From contig CAZEGD010000002.1 in assembly GCA_964512235.1 (NCBI GenBank), forward strand, positions 40,768 to 104,767: DNA of 64,000 nucleotides. Reading direction: 5' to 3'. The first letter of the stretch is position 1. Every line of letters begins with the position of its first letter. The position numbers and the translations under genes were made by a program. This stretch comes from an uncultured archaeon (GTDB lineage Archaea; Aenigmatarchaeota; Aenigmatarchaeia; CG10238-14; SCSR01). This document shows, piece after piece, positions 47,893-56,912 of the stretch. A model generated the notes under the pieces. That model ran no database searches. It was not told where the DNA came from and worked only from the letters and a program-made list of their open reading frames with translations.

Positions 47893-48684
47893 TCAGATTA
47901 TCTCTTCTAGAATATCTCTCTCTGTTATTATTCCTTCCAGTTTGTCTTCATCCACAACGAGTATGCCGCCAACATCTTTGTCTTTCATTAGTTTTAGCAC
48001 ATCCGACAAGTCCTTGTCTTTATCTATTGTATAGATATCTTTGATAATAATGGCATCCATAGATTCGTCCATTGCCTCCTGACTATACTTCTTCTCGTGT
48101 ATGTATCTTATCAAGTCTGCTACTGTTGTTATGCCTACTAGCTTGCCATCATCGACTACTGGCAATCTTCTATAACGTGTATTCACAACAGTCTTTAGGC
48201 AGTCGTATATAGAGATGTTAGATGAAATGAAAAATGGTTTTTTTGTCATACACTCCTCAATTTTTATGTTAAAGTCAATGTTTGAAAACCGCTTGACAAA
48301 ATCGCGTTCACTGATTACGCCGACAAGTTTCTCACCCTCAACAATAGGAAACCCGCCACGTCTTGAGAGTTTGAATTTTTGAAGGATAAAATCAAGCGTA
48401 TCGCCAATTTCGCAAAAAACTACATCCCTTACCATAATCGTCGATATTTTCTCTTCAAAATTAGTCTTCTTTAAAAAAGTATCAAGAATGTCAGAAGTTG
48501 TTAGGATGCCAATGAGTTTACGGGATTTAGAAGTGATTGGCATTCTTCTATAGTTTGTCTCTACAATCTTTTCAATAACTTCTGAGATTGAAAATTTTTC
48601 TTCACAGTAGATAGGATTCATATTCGCAATTTCAGATACCCTTTTAAACCTATCAAGGCCTGCATCTTCAAGTTTTATAGTCAT
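47893..48684 (-). CDS. CBS-domain protein (four CBS repeats)
   Basis: Repeated CBS pattern (..VGILT.SDIL.., ..VGVISERDF.., ..VGITTVADL.., ..EGIITERDIL). Confidence 0.8.
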   Translation of the reverse strand: MTIKLEDAGLDRFKRVSEIANMNPIYCEEKFSISEVIEKIVETNYRRMPITSKSRKLIGILTTSDILDTFLKKTNFEEKISTIMVRDVVFCEIGDTLDFILQKFKLSRRGGFPIVEGEKLVGVISERDFVKRFSNIDFNIKIEECMTKKPFFISSNISIYDCLKTVVNTRYRRLPVVDDGKLVGITTVADLIRYIHEKKYSQEAMDESMDAIIIKDIYTIDKDKDLSDVLKLMKDKDVGGILVVDEDKLEGIITERDILEEII

Positions 48685-49220
48685 TCTCCCAATTCATCTC
48701 GGCAGTGTTCACACAACCATTTACCCTGCACATTTCTCAATTCTTCAAAATAATCCCCACAAGAATCACATATTCCTGATGTGGATGGTTCGACTATTTT
48801 CGTAGTCATATCCCTCAGTTTTATTTTATACTCCAACAGGTCTACCATTTCAGGTGACGCACGAGCCACGTCAGAAAGTTCAATTATACCGATAATCTTC
48901 CCGCTTTCTATAACTAATAATCGTTTTATTCTATTCTTCTTCATCTTTCTCGCAGCTTCTAAGACATCCTCATTCGGACCGATTGTAACGATTGGTTTGG
49001 ACATGACCTTTTCGACTTTGATTGAGGATGGTTTTTTGTTTTTTGCAATCACTTGTTTAATCAAATCGCTATCTGTAATTACGCCTACAGGGTTGCCCTT
49101 TTTAGTCACTATCAGAGAATATCTTTTATTCTTTCTCATTATTCCTCCAGCTACTTTTGTGCTTTGATTAATACCAATTGTCAACGGTTTTTGCATTATT
49201 TCTTTGACTTTCAAAACCAT
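48681..49220 (-). CDS. CBS-pair protein with a C-terminal zinc ribbon
   Basis: Two CBS repeats plus CDSCGDYF...CEHC. Confidence 0.75.
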   Translation of the reverse strand: MVLKVKEIMQKPLTIGINQSTKVAGGIMRKNKRYSLIVTKKGNPVGVITDSDLIKQVIAKNKKPSSIKVEKVMSKPIVTIGPNEDVLEAARKMKKNRIKRLLVIESGKIIGIIELSDVARASPEMVDLLEYKIKLRDMTTKIVEPSTSGICDSCGDYFEELRNVQGKWLCEHCRDELGE

Positions 49221-49246
49221 TCTATCACCTTAATAATATTGAATCT

Positions 49247-49594
49247 TCATACTATAAATTTTCTCAAAAATTCTTCTAGTGGTTTCCCATTTTTAGGCGT
49301 GACTTTCTTCTTTGGAGGCAGAATGCGTATGTTCCCATAACCAAAATCTACGACAAGAAAGAAAGGGAACTTCTCTAATTTTTTCTCCATATATTCATAG
49401 TAGTAGAATGTCTTCTTTTTTGTCGACTTCACTTGCGAGAGTATGCATTTTCCTGACTTTAAACAAATTAAATCTGCTTCACCCAAACTTGCTCCTGCAC
49501 GTATGACCTTCCATCCAGCAGATTCAAACCTTTGTCTTATCTTTCTCTCAACCCTATAACCACGCATTCTGTTTTTGCCACGTCTGGAAGACAT
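49247..49594 (-). CDS. hjc: Holliday junction resolvase Hjc
   Basis: GYRVERKIRQRFESAGWKVIRAGAS..EADLICLKSGKCILSQVKST matches the Hjc catalytic core (E..D..E.K). Confidence 0.8.
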   Translation of the reverse strand: MSSRRGKNRMRGYRVERKIRQRFESAGWKVIRAGASLGEADLICLKSGKCILSQVKSTKKKTFYYYEYMEKKLEKFPFFLVVDFGYGNIRILPPKKKVTPKNGKPLEEFLRKFIV

Positions 49595-49651
49595 AAAATA
49601 AATGTATTTTAGTGAATAATTAAATATGATTTACTATAAGGTGTTGTAAAA

Positions 49652-50329
49652 GTGAAAATACTTGCAGTGTCTGACATACACAATGATGTAGAAATGCTCA
49701 TGCCTTATCTTGAGAAGGCTGCTGAATTAAATGTGGATGTTGTTGTGTGCCCAGGCGATTTCACTGATTTTAACTTACCTAAAGGGTTTACTAGAATTGA
49801 AATGGCAAAGCTCATTCTTGAAGAATTAAAAAGTCTTGGCAAACCTATAGTTGCCGTGCCGGGGAATCAAGATAAAGAAATATTGAATTTGTTGGAAAAG
49901 GATGGTGTGAGTATTCATGGCAGCGGTAAGGTTATAGATGGTGTTGGCTTCTATGGTTTTGGTGGTGCAAAGACACCATTTAACACCTCATATGAGCCCG
50001 ATGAAAGTGAAATAGATGCTGGTTTGAGGAAAGCGTATGAAGACGTAAAAAACATAAAAATAAAGGTCCAAGTGACACACAATCCTCCTGTAAACACAAA
50101 ACTCGATATACTTCCTTCCGGTGCTCATATTGGCTCGGAAGTCGTGAGAAAATTTATTGAAGATAGGGGGCCTGTGGCAGCAATCTGTGCGCATGTACAT
50201 GAGTCACGTGGTACAGATAGTATAGATAATTGTAAGGTAATAAATAGTGGACGGTTTCCAGAAGGATATTGTGGTTTGATAGAGATTAAAGATGGTTTGG
50301 CAAGTGTGAAAATAGTCAGTTTGATATAG
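49652..50329 (+). CDS. Calcineurin-like metallophosphoesterase
   Basis: DIHND...GDFTD...GNQD...H..H motifs. Confidence 0.8.
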   Translation: MKILAVSDIHNDVEMLMPYLEKAAELNVDVVVCPGDFTDFNLPKGFTRIEMAKLILEELKSLGKPIVAVPGNQDKEILNLLEKDGVSIHGSGKVIDGVGFYGFGGAKTPFNTSYEPDESEIDAGLRKAYEDVKNIKIKVQVTHNPPVNTKLDILPSGAHIGSEVVRKFIEDRGPVAAICAHVHESRGTDSIDNCKVINSGRFPEGYCGLIEIKDGLASVKIVSLI

Positions 50330-50450
50330 GTTATGAAAAACCAAAAACGTTTTTTATATCTGGGAGTCAAATAGATAATTACCTTTTGGGGTTGTTTTAG
50401 TTTTTTTTCCAAAATGTGATAATGTTGGGAATTAGTGGAAACGTAGTGGT

Positions 50451-50846
50451 TTGATGTCTGAAGCGGAAGTTAAATTCCAGATACAAGAAGAAATAAAGGA
50501 TCTGAAGTCTCTCAATGTTGGTGTTGTTTTGGAGTTGGCTGAGAGGTTAGATTTTCTAGATGTGCAAATTTTGCGCAAGTTTTATATGACAGGGAAGGAG
50601 TTCCCACACGACACACAACCATTCTGCTTTCCCATGTTGTTCCAGGAGATGAAGGTTAGCCACCACCTTAAGATAGGTATTGAGGCGTTGAGGAAGAGGT
50701 TGAATAATTTTGTGGGGATGGGGCTGCTCGAGAAAATCGAAAATAGCAACCCAACAAACTATATGCCCATAGACGGCAAAGAACAGTTAGCTCGTGGTGT
50801 GGTGGTCAAGTTCTTTCTCATACATGGTCTTACAAAATTCATATAA
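50451..50846 (+). CDS. Hypothetical protein, possible winged-helix regulator
   Basis: 131 aa; VQILRKFY...LRKRLNNFVGMGLLEKI. Confidence 0.4.
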   Translation: MMSEAEVKFQIQEEIKDLKSLNVGVVLELAERLDFLDVQILRKFYMTGKEFPHDTQPFCFPMLFQEMKVSHHLKIGIEALRKRLNNFVGMGLLEKIENSNPTNYMPIDGKEQLARGVVVKFFLIHGLTKFI

Positions 50847-50915
50847 CCCTCTATAGTGTTATGAAGATTTCGTATATGTGTTTAAAATTATCTAAATAGT
50901 TGTTCGGAAAAATAT

Positions 50916-51147
50916 TTATGGGTGTTCAGAGTATTTTTTATGGGTGTTCCAATTGTTTTGTATGATGTTTCCAACGAAAAAACAAAATGTTTCACATCAA
51001 AAACCATGTAGGTGTGTGGTGTTTGTGTTTACAGGGGTTGGTGGTGTTACAAACAACTAACAACTATAACAATGTTATAATAAATATAATATAAACAATA
51101 AAACACACCACAACAATAAAACACACACATATACAAAACCCAACAAG
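50916..51147. promoter_or_regulatory. Structured non-coding region with three blocks (see evidence)
   Basis: Direct repeat TTATGGGTGTTC x2 (50916, 50938). GT-rich block (51009..51048) followed by an AT spacer and an AC-rich block with AACAATAAAACACAC x2 (51095..51147). Strong strand-compositional asymmetry and an imperfect long inverted repeat. Confidence 0.4.
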
Positions 51148-51215
51148 AAAGATTTCAAAAAACAACTTAAGTTTATTAGCAAACGTTTATTTTTATAACT
51201 AGTCATAAAAAATAT

Positions 51216-51473
51216 ATGAAGCGAGGAAGACCAAGCACACGTAAGAAAATTACACCACTAATATTGAAACATTTAGAAAATTCGAAACTCCCATTAACAA
51301 TATCTTCACTGGCTAGAATAATATCTAAAGATGTTGGATATACAGTCAGTTGGAACACAATAGAAAAGTACCTTAGAGAGAATATAGAGACCAACAAAAT
51401 ACAAGCCATATCTCTACCACACTCTAAAAAAGAGGGAAAGAGTGGGCTTACGGTCTACGTCCTAAAGAAATAA
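51216..51473 (+). CDS. Small winged-helix DNA-binding protein (85 aa), first gene of the wHTH-DP1like-polB cluster
   Basis: ITPLILKHLENSKLPLTISSLARIISKDVGYTVSWNTIEKYL plus a wing. Confidence 0.5.
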   Translation: MKRGRPSTRKKITPLILKHLENSKLPLTISSLARIISKDVGYTVSWNTIEKYLRENIETNKIQAISLPHSKKEGKSGLTVYVLKK

Positions 51474-51491
51474 TACCAACACCGTGGTTTT

Positions 51492-52562
51492 ATGGGAAAA
51501 AACAATATAATAAAGAAATTTCTAAGCGTTGGGGTGCAATTGAGTAAGGATGCATTAGACCATTTTATAATTAACGAAAAAGACATAGATGTATTCATTG
51601 AAAGATCTGGAAAAATAAAAGAAAGGCCGAAAATAGTCACATTATCTACAGTTCAAAGAGTCCTTAGTACACCAAACGGCCTCTCCATTGGTGTGAAAGC
51701 AACCAGTTTTGTAGCCGAAGGTGAAAAGGTATCAATTAGAAGTCTTGTCAATGATTTGACAAACAAATACAACCTACTCAAACACATTCTGGAAGGTAAG
51801 AATGGGTTGAGTAAATTGATATCTATAAATAAAATTTCACCAAATACTAAAGAATTTTCTATAATATGTATGGTTAATGATGTGAATAGAAATTCAGTTA
51901 CCGTGGAAGACACAACTGGTGAACTCACACTATATTTTGATGATATAAAAGACACAATTCTACCAGACGACGTGATTGGATTGATGTGTGAACAGAAGGG
52001 GGGTAGATTTCTCATAAAGGACATAATGTGGCCTGACATTCCACTAAAGAGGGGAGTAAAGAAGTCAAAAAAGAAAATCAACTGTATTTTTCTTGGCACT
52101 GAGGTATCAGAAATATATATTGAAAACGGTGAGGCGATACTCTTTGCATTTGGCTCGCCGAGAAAGTTGAATCTAAACAATGTAAAGAGTACAGAACACA
52201 TATTCTTGGACGAAAACATGAAGGAAAAGAAAAAATCAGTCTTTAAACCACCCATCATCGTAGAACTAAATGGTATAAATGTTGTAATTCTCAGCACAAA
52301 CCTGATTCAAAAGTATAAAAAATATTGGAAGAAAGAGGAGGACATAATAAAAAATCTTTTGAAGAGGAGAGATATAGATCCCATTCAAGACATTACAGGT
52401 CAACGTTACACATCCTCTGTGCTAGAGTCACCTCCAGATATAGTTGTGGTTGCAGACGAAGGCACAAAGAGTTTAAACTATAAGGGAACTACAATACTAT
52501 CGGTCTCAAAGAATAGCGGCTATTATATAGATTTGAACACAAGAGAAGTTAAAAAGATATAA
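51492..52562 (+). CDS. DNA polymerase B-subunit-like protein (PolD small subunit DP1 / eukaryotic Pol alpha-delta-epsilon B-subunit homolog) with a degenerate, truncated phosphoesterase domain
   Basis: N-terminal helical domain parallels DP1 (IIKKFLSVGVQLSKDALDHFI... vs FVKSLLKANYLITPSAYYLL...). OB-fold block SIICMVNDVNRNSVTVEDTTGELTLYF...LPDDVIGLMCEQKGGRFLIKDIMWPDIP parallels DP1 TIIGLVNS...EIEDLTGKVKVFL...LPDAVVAFKGVYSKRGILYANKFYLPDVP. The metallophosphatase motif I (ISDIHVGS in DP1) reads INCIFLGTEV, so catalytic residues are lost, and the C-terminal part is ~130 aa shorter. Confidence 0.65.
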   Translation: MGKNNIIKKFLSVGVQLSKDALDHFIINEKDIDVFIERSGKIKERPKIVTLSTVQRVLSTPNGLSIGVKATSFVAEGEKVSIRSLVNDLTNKYNLLKHILEGKNGLSKLISINKISPNTKEFSIICMVNDVNRNSVTVEDTTGELTLYFDDIKDTILPDDVIGLMCEQKGGRFLIKDIMWPDIPLKRGVKKSKKKINCIFLGTEVSEIYIENGEAILFAFGSPRKLNLNNVKSTEHIFLDENMKEKKKSVFKPPIIVELNGINVVILSTNLIQKYKKYWKKEEDIIKNLLKRRDIDPIQDITGQRYTSSVLESPPDIVVVADEGTKSLNYKGTTILSVSKNSGYYIDLNTREVKKI

Positions 52563-52579
52563 AATAATAGATTTTATCT

Positions 52580-55270
52580 ATGGAGACTCTCTTTCAGGTT
52601 CTAGATTCAGACTATATAATGGTAAACAACAAACCTGTGATCAGGTTGTTCGGAAAAGAAAAGAGCGGGAGGACAATATGTGCTTTCCTAGAAGGTGAAC
52701 TACCATATTTCTTTATTCTCGTGAACGATGAAGAAAAAGCAATAAAATTCATCGAAAAAGAGTTTTCAAACCTCGTTGTGAAAATAGATACAGTTAAAAA
52801 ATACCTTCCAATGGGGTTTCAGAAGACCAAAACAAAGCTGCTTAAAATAATATTGAAAGAGCCATCAAAGGTACCATCAATCCGCGATGAACTTAAAAAA
52901 AAGAAATTTGTAGATCAGATATTTGAGGCAGATATACTTTTCAAATATAGGATGATGGTCGACAAGGGTATACGTGGGATGGGTTGGGTAAAAGTTAAAG
53001 GTTCAGCAGTTAACACACACACTGTTAAAACAGATTGTTGCATACAGGCGAAAACACTGAACGTTGTAGATAATGAAGACAACGCACCATTGAGATACTT
53101 GAGTATAGACATCGAGACGCATTTTAGTGATGTAATTGGACCTAGCCCGAGAAAGGACAAAATTATAATGGTGAGTCTATATTTTTCTCCATCATACAGA
53201 GGTAAAGATTCGCTCGTCCTTATTTCGAAGAACACCAAGGACAACAAAGATACAATCTGTTGTGAAAACGAGAAGAAAATGTTGCAAGAATTCCTGAAGA
53301 TTGTAGATGCGTTTGACCCAGACATAATCCTCGGGTACAATATAAACAACTTCGACTTTCCATTCATTATGGACAGACTTAGGATAAACAACTTACCAAG
53401 AACCATGGGCAGATGCAACATAAAGAATGCTGTCTCAAGGAAGTTTGGCATGAGGTTTAGAAATTCAGTCACAGGTAGAGTAATAGTAGATGTATACGAA
53501 CTCATCAAAGAATCCGCTAGCAAAGGATTCATGAGAATGAAGAGGTATGGTCTTGGGGACGTATCTAAAAATCTGATAAACGAGGAAAAAATAAAGATTG
53601 CACATAGTGAAATTGTAAAATATTGGAACGGTGATGAAAAGCATCTGGAGAAGCTGATAGAATATTCAAGAAAGGACTCATACCTAGCCATGAAGTTATT
53701 GTTGGAAAAAGAACTGTTGGATAAATTTTTCGAGCTTTCTAAGGTCTCGGGCATACTCTTGCAGGATGTATTGTCGAGTGGTGAAGCTATGCGCGTGGAA
53801 AATTTGGTTTTGGAAGAATTTAACAAGAGAGATTATGTGATACCATGCAAACCAGATAATGCAGAAATGGAGAGGAGGAGTGTCGAAAGAGAAAAGAAAG
53901 CGCTAAAAGGAGCTCTTGTACTCGAACCGGATGCAGGTCTGCATACAACACCTATAGTCTATCTTGATTTCAAGAGCATGTACCCATCTATAATTATTTC
54001 ATATAATATTTGCCCGACTACTTTCCTACAACCTAACCAGAAACCAAAATCAATCAAAACACCATACAACACTAGATTTACAGACAGGACTGTGAAAGAA
54101 GGCATACTACCCAAAATACTCACAGACTTGATAAAAACAAGGGATGTCGTAAAAAAAGAGATTAAAAGGACTAAGAGCGAAGAAAAGAAGAAAAGTTTGG
54201 ACGCTAAACAATATGCACTAAAAGTTATGGCTAATGCCTTTTATGGCTATACCGGATACGTACGTGCTAGGCTCTATGTTTTAGACATAGCAAACACTAT
54301 AACAGCATCTGGACGCTATCTTATCCAAAAGACAAGAGACATAGTTGAAGAAGGGTCAAAATACAAAGTTGTATACGGTGATACAGATTCGATAATGGTA
54401 AAGGTAGGTGTCGAAGATTTGGAGGAAGCATTCAAAATCGGTAGAGAGATTGAGAAAAAAATAAATGATGAATTGAAAGGTATAGTGGAAATGAAAATAG
54501 AGTCCGTCTTCAAGTCCTTAGTGATACTGACGAAAAAAAGATATGCAGGAATGAGCTATGAAAAATATGATGGTGAATGGAAAGAAAAAATGATGATGAA
54601 AGGTATAGAGACTGTCAGAAGGGACTGGTGCGATCTTGTCAGTGAGACATTGTTCACTGTCTTGGAAATTATACTAAAAGAACAGAACCCCAAAAAAGCC
54701 CTTAATCATGTGAAAAGTGTTATGGCCAAGTTGCAAAGGAACGAAGTCCCAGTGGAAAAGCTAGTTATAACGAAGAGCATGACAAAACCTATAAGGTCGT
54801 ACAAAGGAATACAGCCACATATAGAACTCGTTAAAAAATTGAGAAAGCGTTCTCCAACAGAAGCTCCTGGAGTGGGTGACAGAATAGGCTATGTAATAGT
54901 CCAAGGATTACAAATAATTTCTAATAGGTCAGAAGACCCCGATTATATTAAAGCGCACAATATGAAAGTAGATTCTAAATATTACATGGAAAGCCAGTTG
55001 CTACCGCCACTTGAAAGGTTGTTTGAAGTTATCGGAATTGACAAGACTGAGCTTCTGGGCAGAGGCAAGCAGCTACTGCTTGGCGATGCAATAAAAAATG
55101 GAAGAAACAAGAAAATTGTAGACTCTTTGAGCAAATCAGATGGTGTTATATGTAGCAAGTGTAATAAAACGTTTAGGCGCCCCCCACTTTCAGGTAAGTG
55201 TACAACATGTAGCGGAGAGATATTATTCTTTTCTGGAAATGTTAGGTCAAAACACTTCAGTCCATCCTAA
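52580..55270 (+). CDS. polB: Family B DNA polymerase with intact exonuclease and polymerase motifs and a C-terminal Cys4 zinc-finger module
   Basis: Exo I YLSIDIET, Exo II YNINNFDFPF, Exo III YSRKDSYLA; Pol A DFKSMYPSII, Pol B KVMANAFYGYTG, Pol C YGDTDS; C-terminal CSKCNKTFRRPPLSGKCTTCSG. Confidence 0.93.
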   Translation: METLFQVLDSDYIMVNNKPVIRLFGKEKSGRTICAFLEGELPYFFILVNDEEKAIKFIEKEFSNLVVKIDTVKKYLPMGFQKTKTKLLKIILKEPSKVPSIRDELKKKKFVDQIFEADILFKYRMMVDKGIRGMGWVKVKGSAVNTHTVKTDCCIQAKTLNVVDNEDNAPLRYLSIDIETHFSDVIGPSPRKDKIIMVSLYFSPSYRGKDSLVLISKNTKDNKDTICCENEKKMLQEFLKIVDAFDPDIILGYNINNFDFPFIMDRLRINNLPRTMGRCNIKNAVSRKFGMRFRNSVTGRVIVDVYELIKESASKGFMRMKRYGLGDVSKNLINEEKIKIAHSEIVKYWNGDEKHLEKLIEYSRKDSYLAMKLLLEKELLDKFFELSKVSGILLQDVLSSGEAMRVENLVLEEFNKRDYVIPCKPDNAEMERRSVEREKKALKGALVLEPDAGLHTTPIVYLDFKSMYPSIIISYNICPTTFLQPNQKPKSIKTPYNTRFTDRTVKEGILPKILTDLIKTRDVVKKEIKRTKSEEKKKSLDAKQYALKVMANAFYGYTGYVRARLYVLDIANTITASGRYLIQKTRDIVEEGSKYKVVYGDTDSIMVKVGVEDLEEAFKIGREIEKKINDELKGIVEMKIESVFKSLVILTKKRYAGMSYEKYDGEWKEKMMMKGIETVRRDWCDLVSETLFTVLEIILKEQNPKKALNHVKSVMAKLQRNEVPVEKLVITKSMTKPIRSYKGIQPHIELVKKLRKRSPTEAPGVGDRIGYVIVQGLQIISNRSEDPDYIKAHNMKVDSKYYMESQLLPPLERLFEVIGIDKTELLGRGKQLLLGDAIKNGRNKKIVDSLSKSDGVICSKCNKTFRRPPLSGKCTTCSGEILFFSGNVRSKHFSPS

Positions 55271-56819
55271 GGGATTTGTAGAAGGGATTCGTTAAAATAC
55301 GATTCAGTATAATACCTAATATCAATGCTATTCCCAAACCTCTCAAAGGCGTAAACAGCGTAATAAAACCAACTACAGAAGCAACTATAATTAACTTCTT
55401 CATTGTTTTTCCTTTCCTACCGCTTTTTGAAAGTGTAATCATATCAAACATACCAATTGCCAAAAACATACACACACCAATCAATGCATATGTATCAATG
55501 ACCCATGATGTAAAGTTTTGTATTATTGCAAAAATACCAAAAACATAAACGACTTCCAAAATAGTCATTACAATCATAACTACACTTACTTTCACCTTTT
55601 TCCTAGAAACGAGAATGGCTGTAAGCGACAAAAACGCTACAGCAAAAGGTACCATCCATATCAGCCACCAGTTAGTTGGTTGAGTTCTGACAGTCGTTTC
55701 TATTTCGAATTTCGATGGAAGTTCCCCAGCTATTGCAAAACCCACAGAAGTCTTCTTAGTTACAACATCATTCATACTGTTTCCAAACCCAACAATAAAA
55801 GCCGTGCTTATGTTTTGTCCAGCTTGCTCTACTAGTATTGGTATTCCAATACCGTTTATCTTCTTTCCATCAACATAATACTCCCACACACCATTCAAGA
55901 AAGTCTGCGGTCCCAATAAAACTGTACTAAGTCCATTGCTTATCTTTCCAAATTTTTCTCCAGACTCTCTATCAATTTCAACTGGGGATGTTGATCTGTA
56001 TAGATTTACTGACGGTTCGAATGATACACTGTCAGCACCCTCAATTTCACCAATTATGTTATCATTATCAAAAATTAAAGAGTTCAAAACCAATGAGGTA
56101 TTCGTACCATTTACAAAGACAAATTTTACATTTTCCAAATAGAACTCTCCACCAACTTCAATTTCACTTCCATTAACAATTATAATACCGTTCAAAAATC
56201 CTATAGAATATCTAGAACTACCTATTTTTACTTCACTATTGCCATTTCTAACTTCAAGTGTCTGCCTTATTACACCTTCTATCCTACCCTTCTTTATCAA
56301 TAGACCCAAGTTCTTGTTTGGCGATGACGATATGATAAATTTTTCATTTTCCACTTCGACTGTACCATCGATTATTCCCAGAGCCGCCATACGCGACTGT
56401 ATTATTTCTTTCGTTTCTTGCAGTTCACTCTCAGATAGCATAGTATCAGGTACAACAGTCATTTCAACTCCACCACCTATCGACCTCTCAAATCTGAGGC
56501 CAGAAGATACCATATCAGTCACACCCACCACAATATCACCATCTGATAGAGCTGTGCACCCGCCAGGACCATTATTGACGACCATCGGATAATATCTATC
56601 TCTTTCGACGCCGGATACAAAATTGTTGAACTCTTCAGCACTCTTGACTACTTTACCACCTATCTGCGTTATCACGTCACCTTCTGAAAGGTCACCACAA
56701 CCATCATTTCTGACAGAAGTAACAACTACACCACTCTTTCTAAAGGCCAAAGGAGACAAAACAAAGAAAATTGAGACAGCGAGCAGTATGAGAATAAAAT
56801 AAAATCTAAGTCCTTTCAT
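55257..56819 (-). CDS. Membrane protein with an N-terminal signal anchor, PDZ-like extracellular domains and a C-terminal multi-TM region
   Basis: GDLSEGDVITQIGGKVV and SDGDIVVGV PDZ-like segments; ~5 C-terminal TM helices. Confidence 0.55.
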   Translation of the reverse strand: MKGLRFYFILILLAVSIFFVLSPLAFRKSGVVVTSVRNDGCGDLSEGDVITQIGGKVVKSAEEFNNFVSGVERDRYYPMVVNNGPGGCTALSDGDIVVGVTDMVSSGLRFERSIGGGVEMTVVPDTMLSESELQETKEIIQSRMAALGIIDGTVEVENEKFIISSSPNKNLGLLIKKGRIEGVIRQTLEVRNGNSEVKIGSSRYSIGFLNGIIIVNGSEIEVGGEFYLENVKFVFVNGTNTSLVLNSLIFDNDNIIGEIEGADSVSFEPSVNLYRSTSPVEIDRESGEKFGKISNGLSTVLLGPQTFLNGVWEYYVDGKKINGIGIPILVEQAGQNISTAFIVGFGNSMNDVVTKKTSVGFAIAGELPSKFEIETTVRTQPTNWWLIWMVPFAVAFLSLTAILVSRKKVKVSVVMIVMTILEVVYVFGIFAIIQNFTSWVIDTYALIGVCMFLAIGMFDMITLSKSGRKGKTMKKLIIVASVVGFITLFTPLRGLGIALILGIILNRILTNPFYKSLRMD

Positions 56820-56912
56820 TAAATATCACTATCTATTTTACACTGTCGTAACATTTATAACCTTTTATTATAGTTAAAATATAAGAAAGTTACATTTTAG
56901 TAGTTTGTCTAG

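Noticed and set aside
50330-50450. Possible C/D-box sRNA (TGATG...CTGA fragments)
   Set aside because: Box sequences are imperfect and no convincing C/D/C'/D' arrangement with terminal stem could be built by eye.
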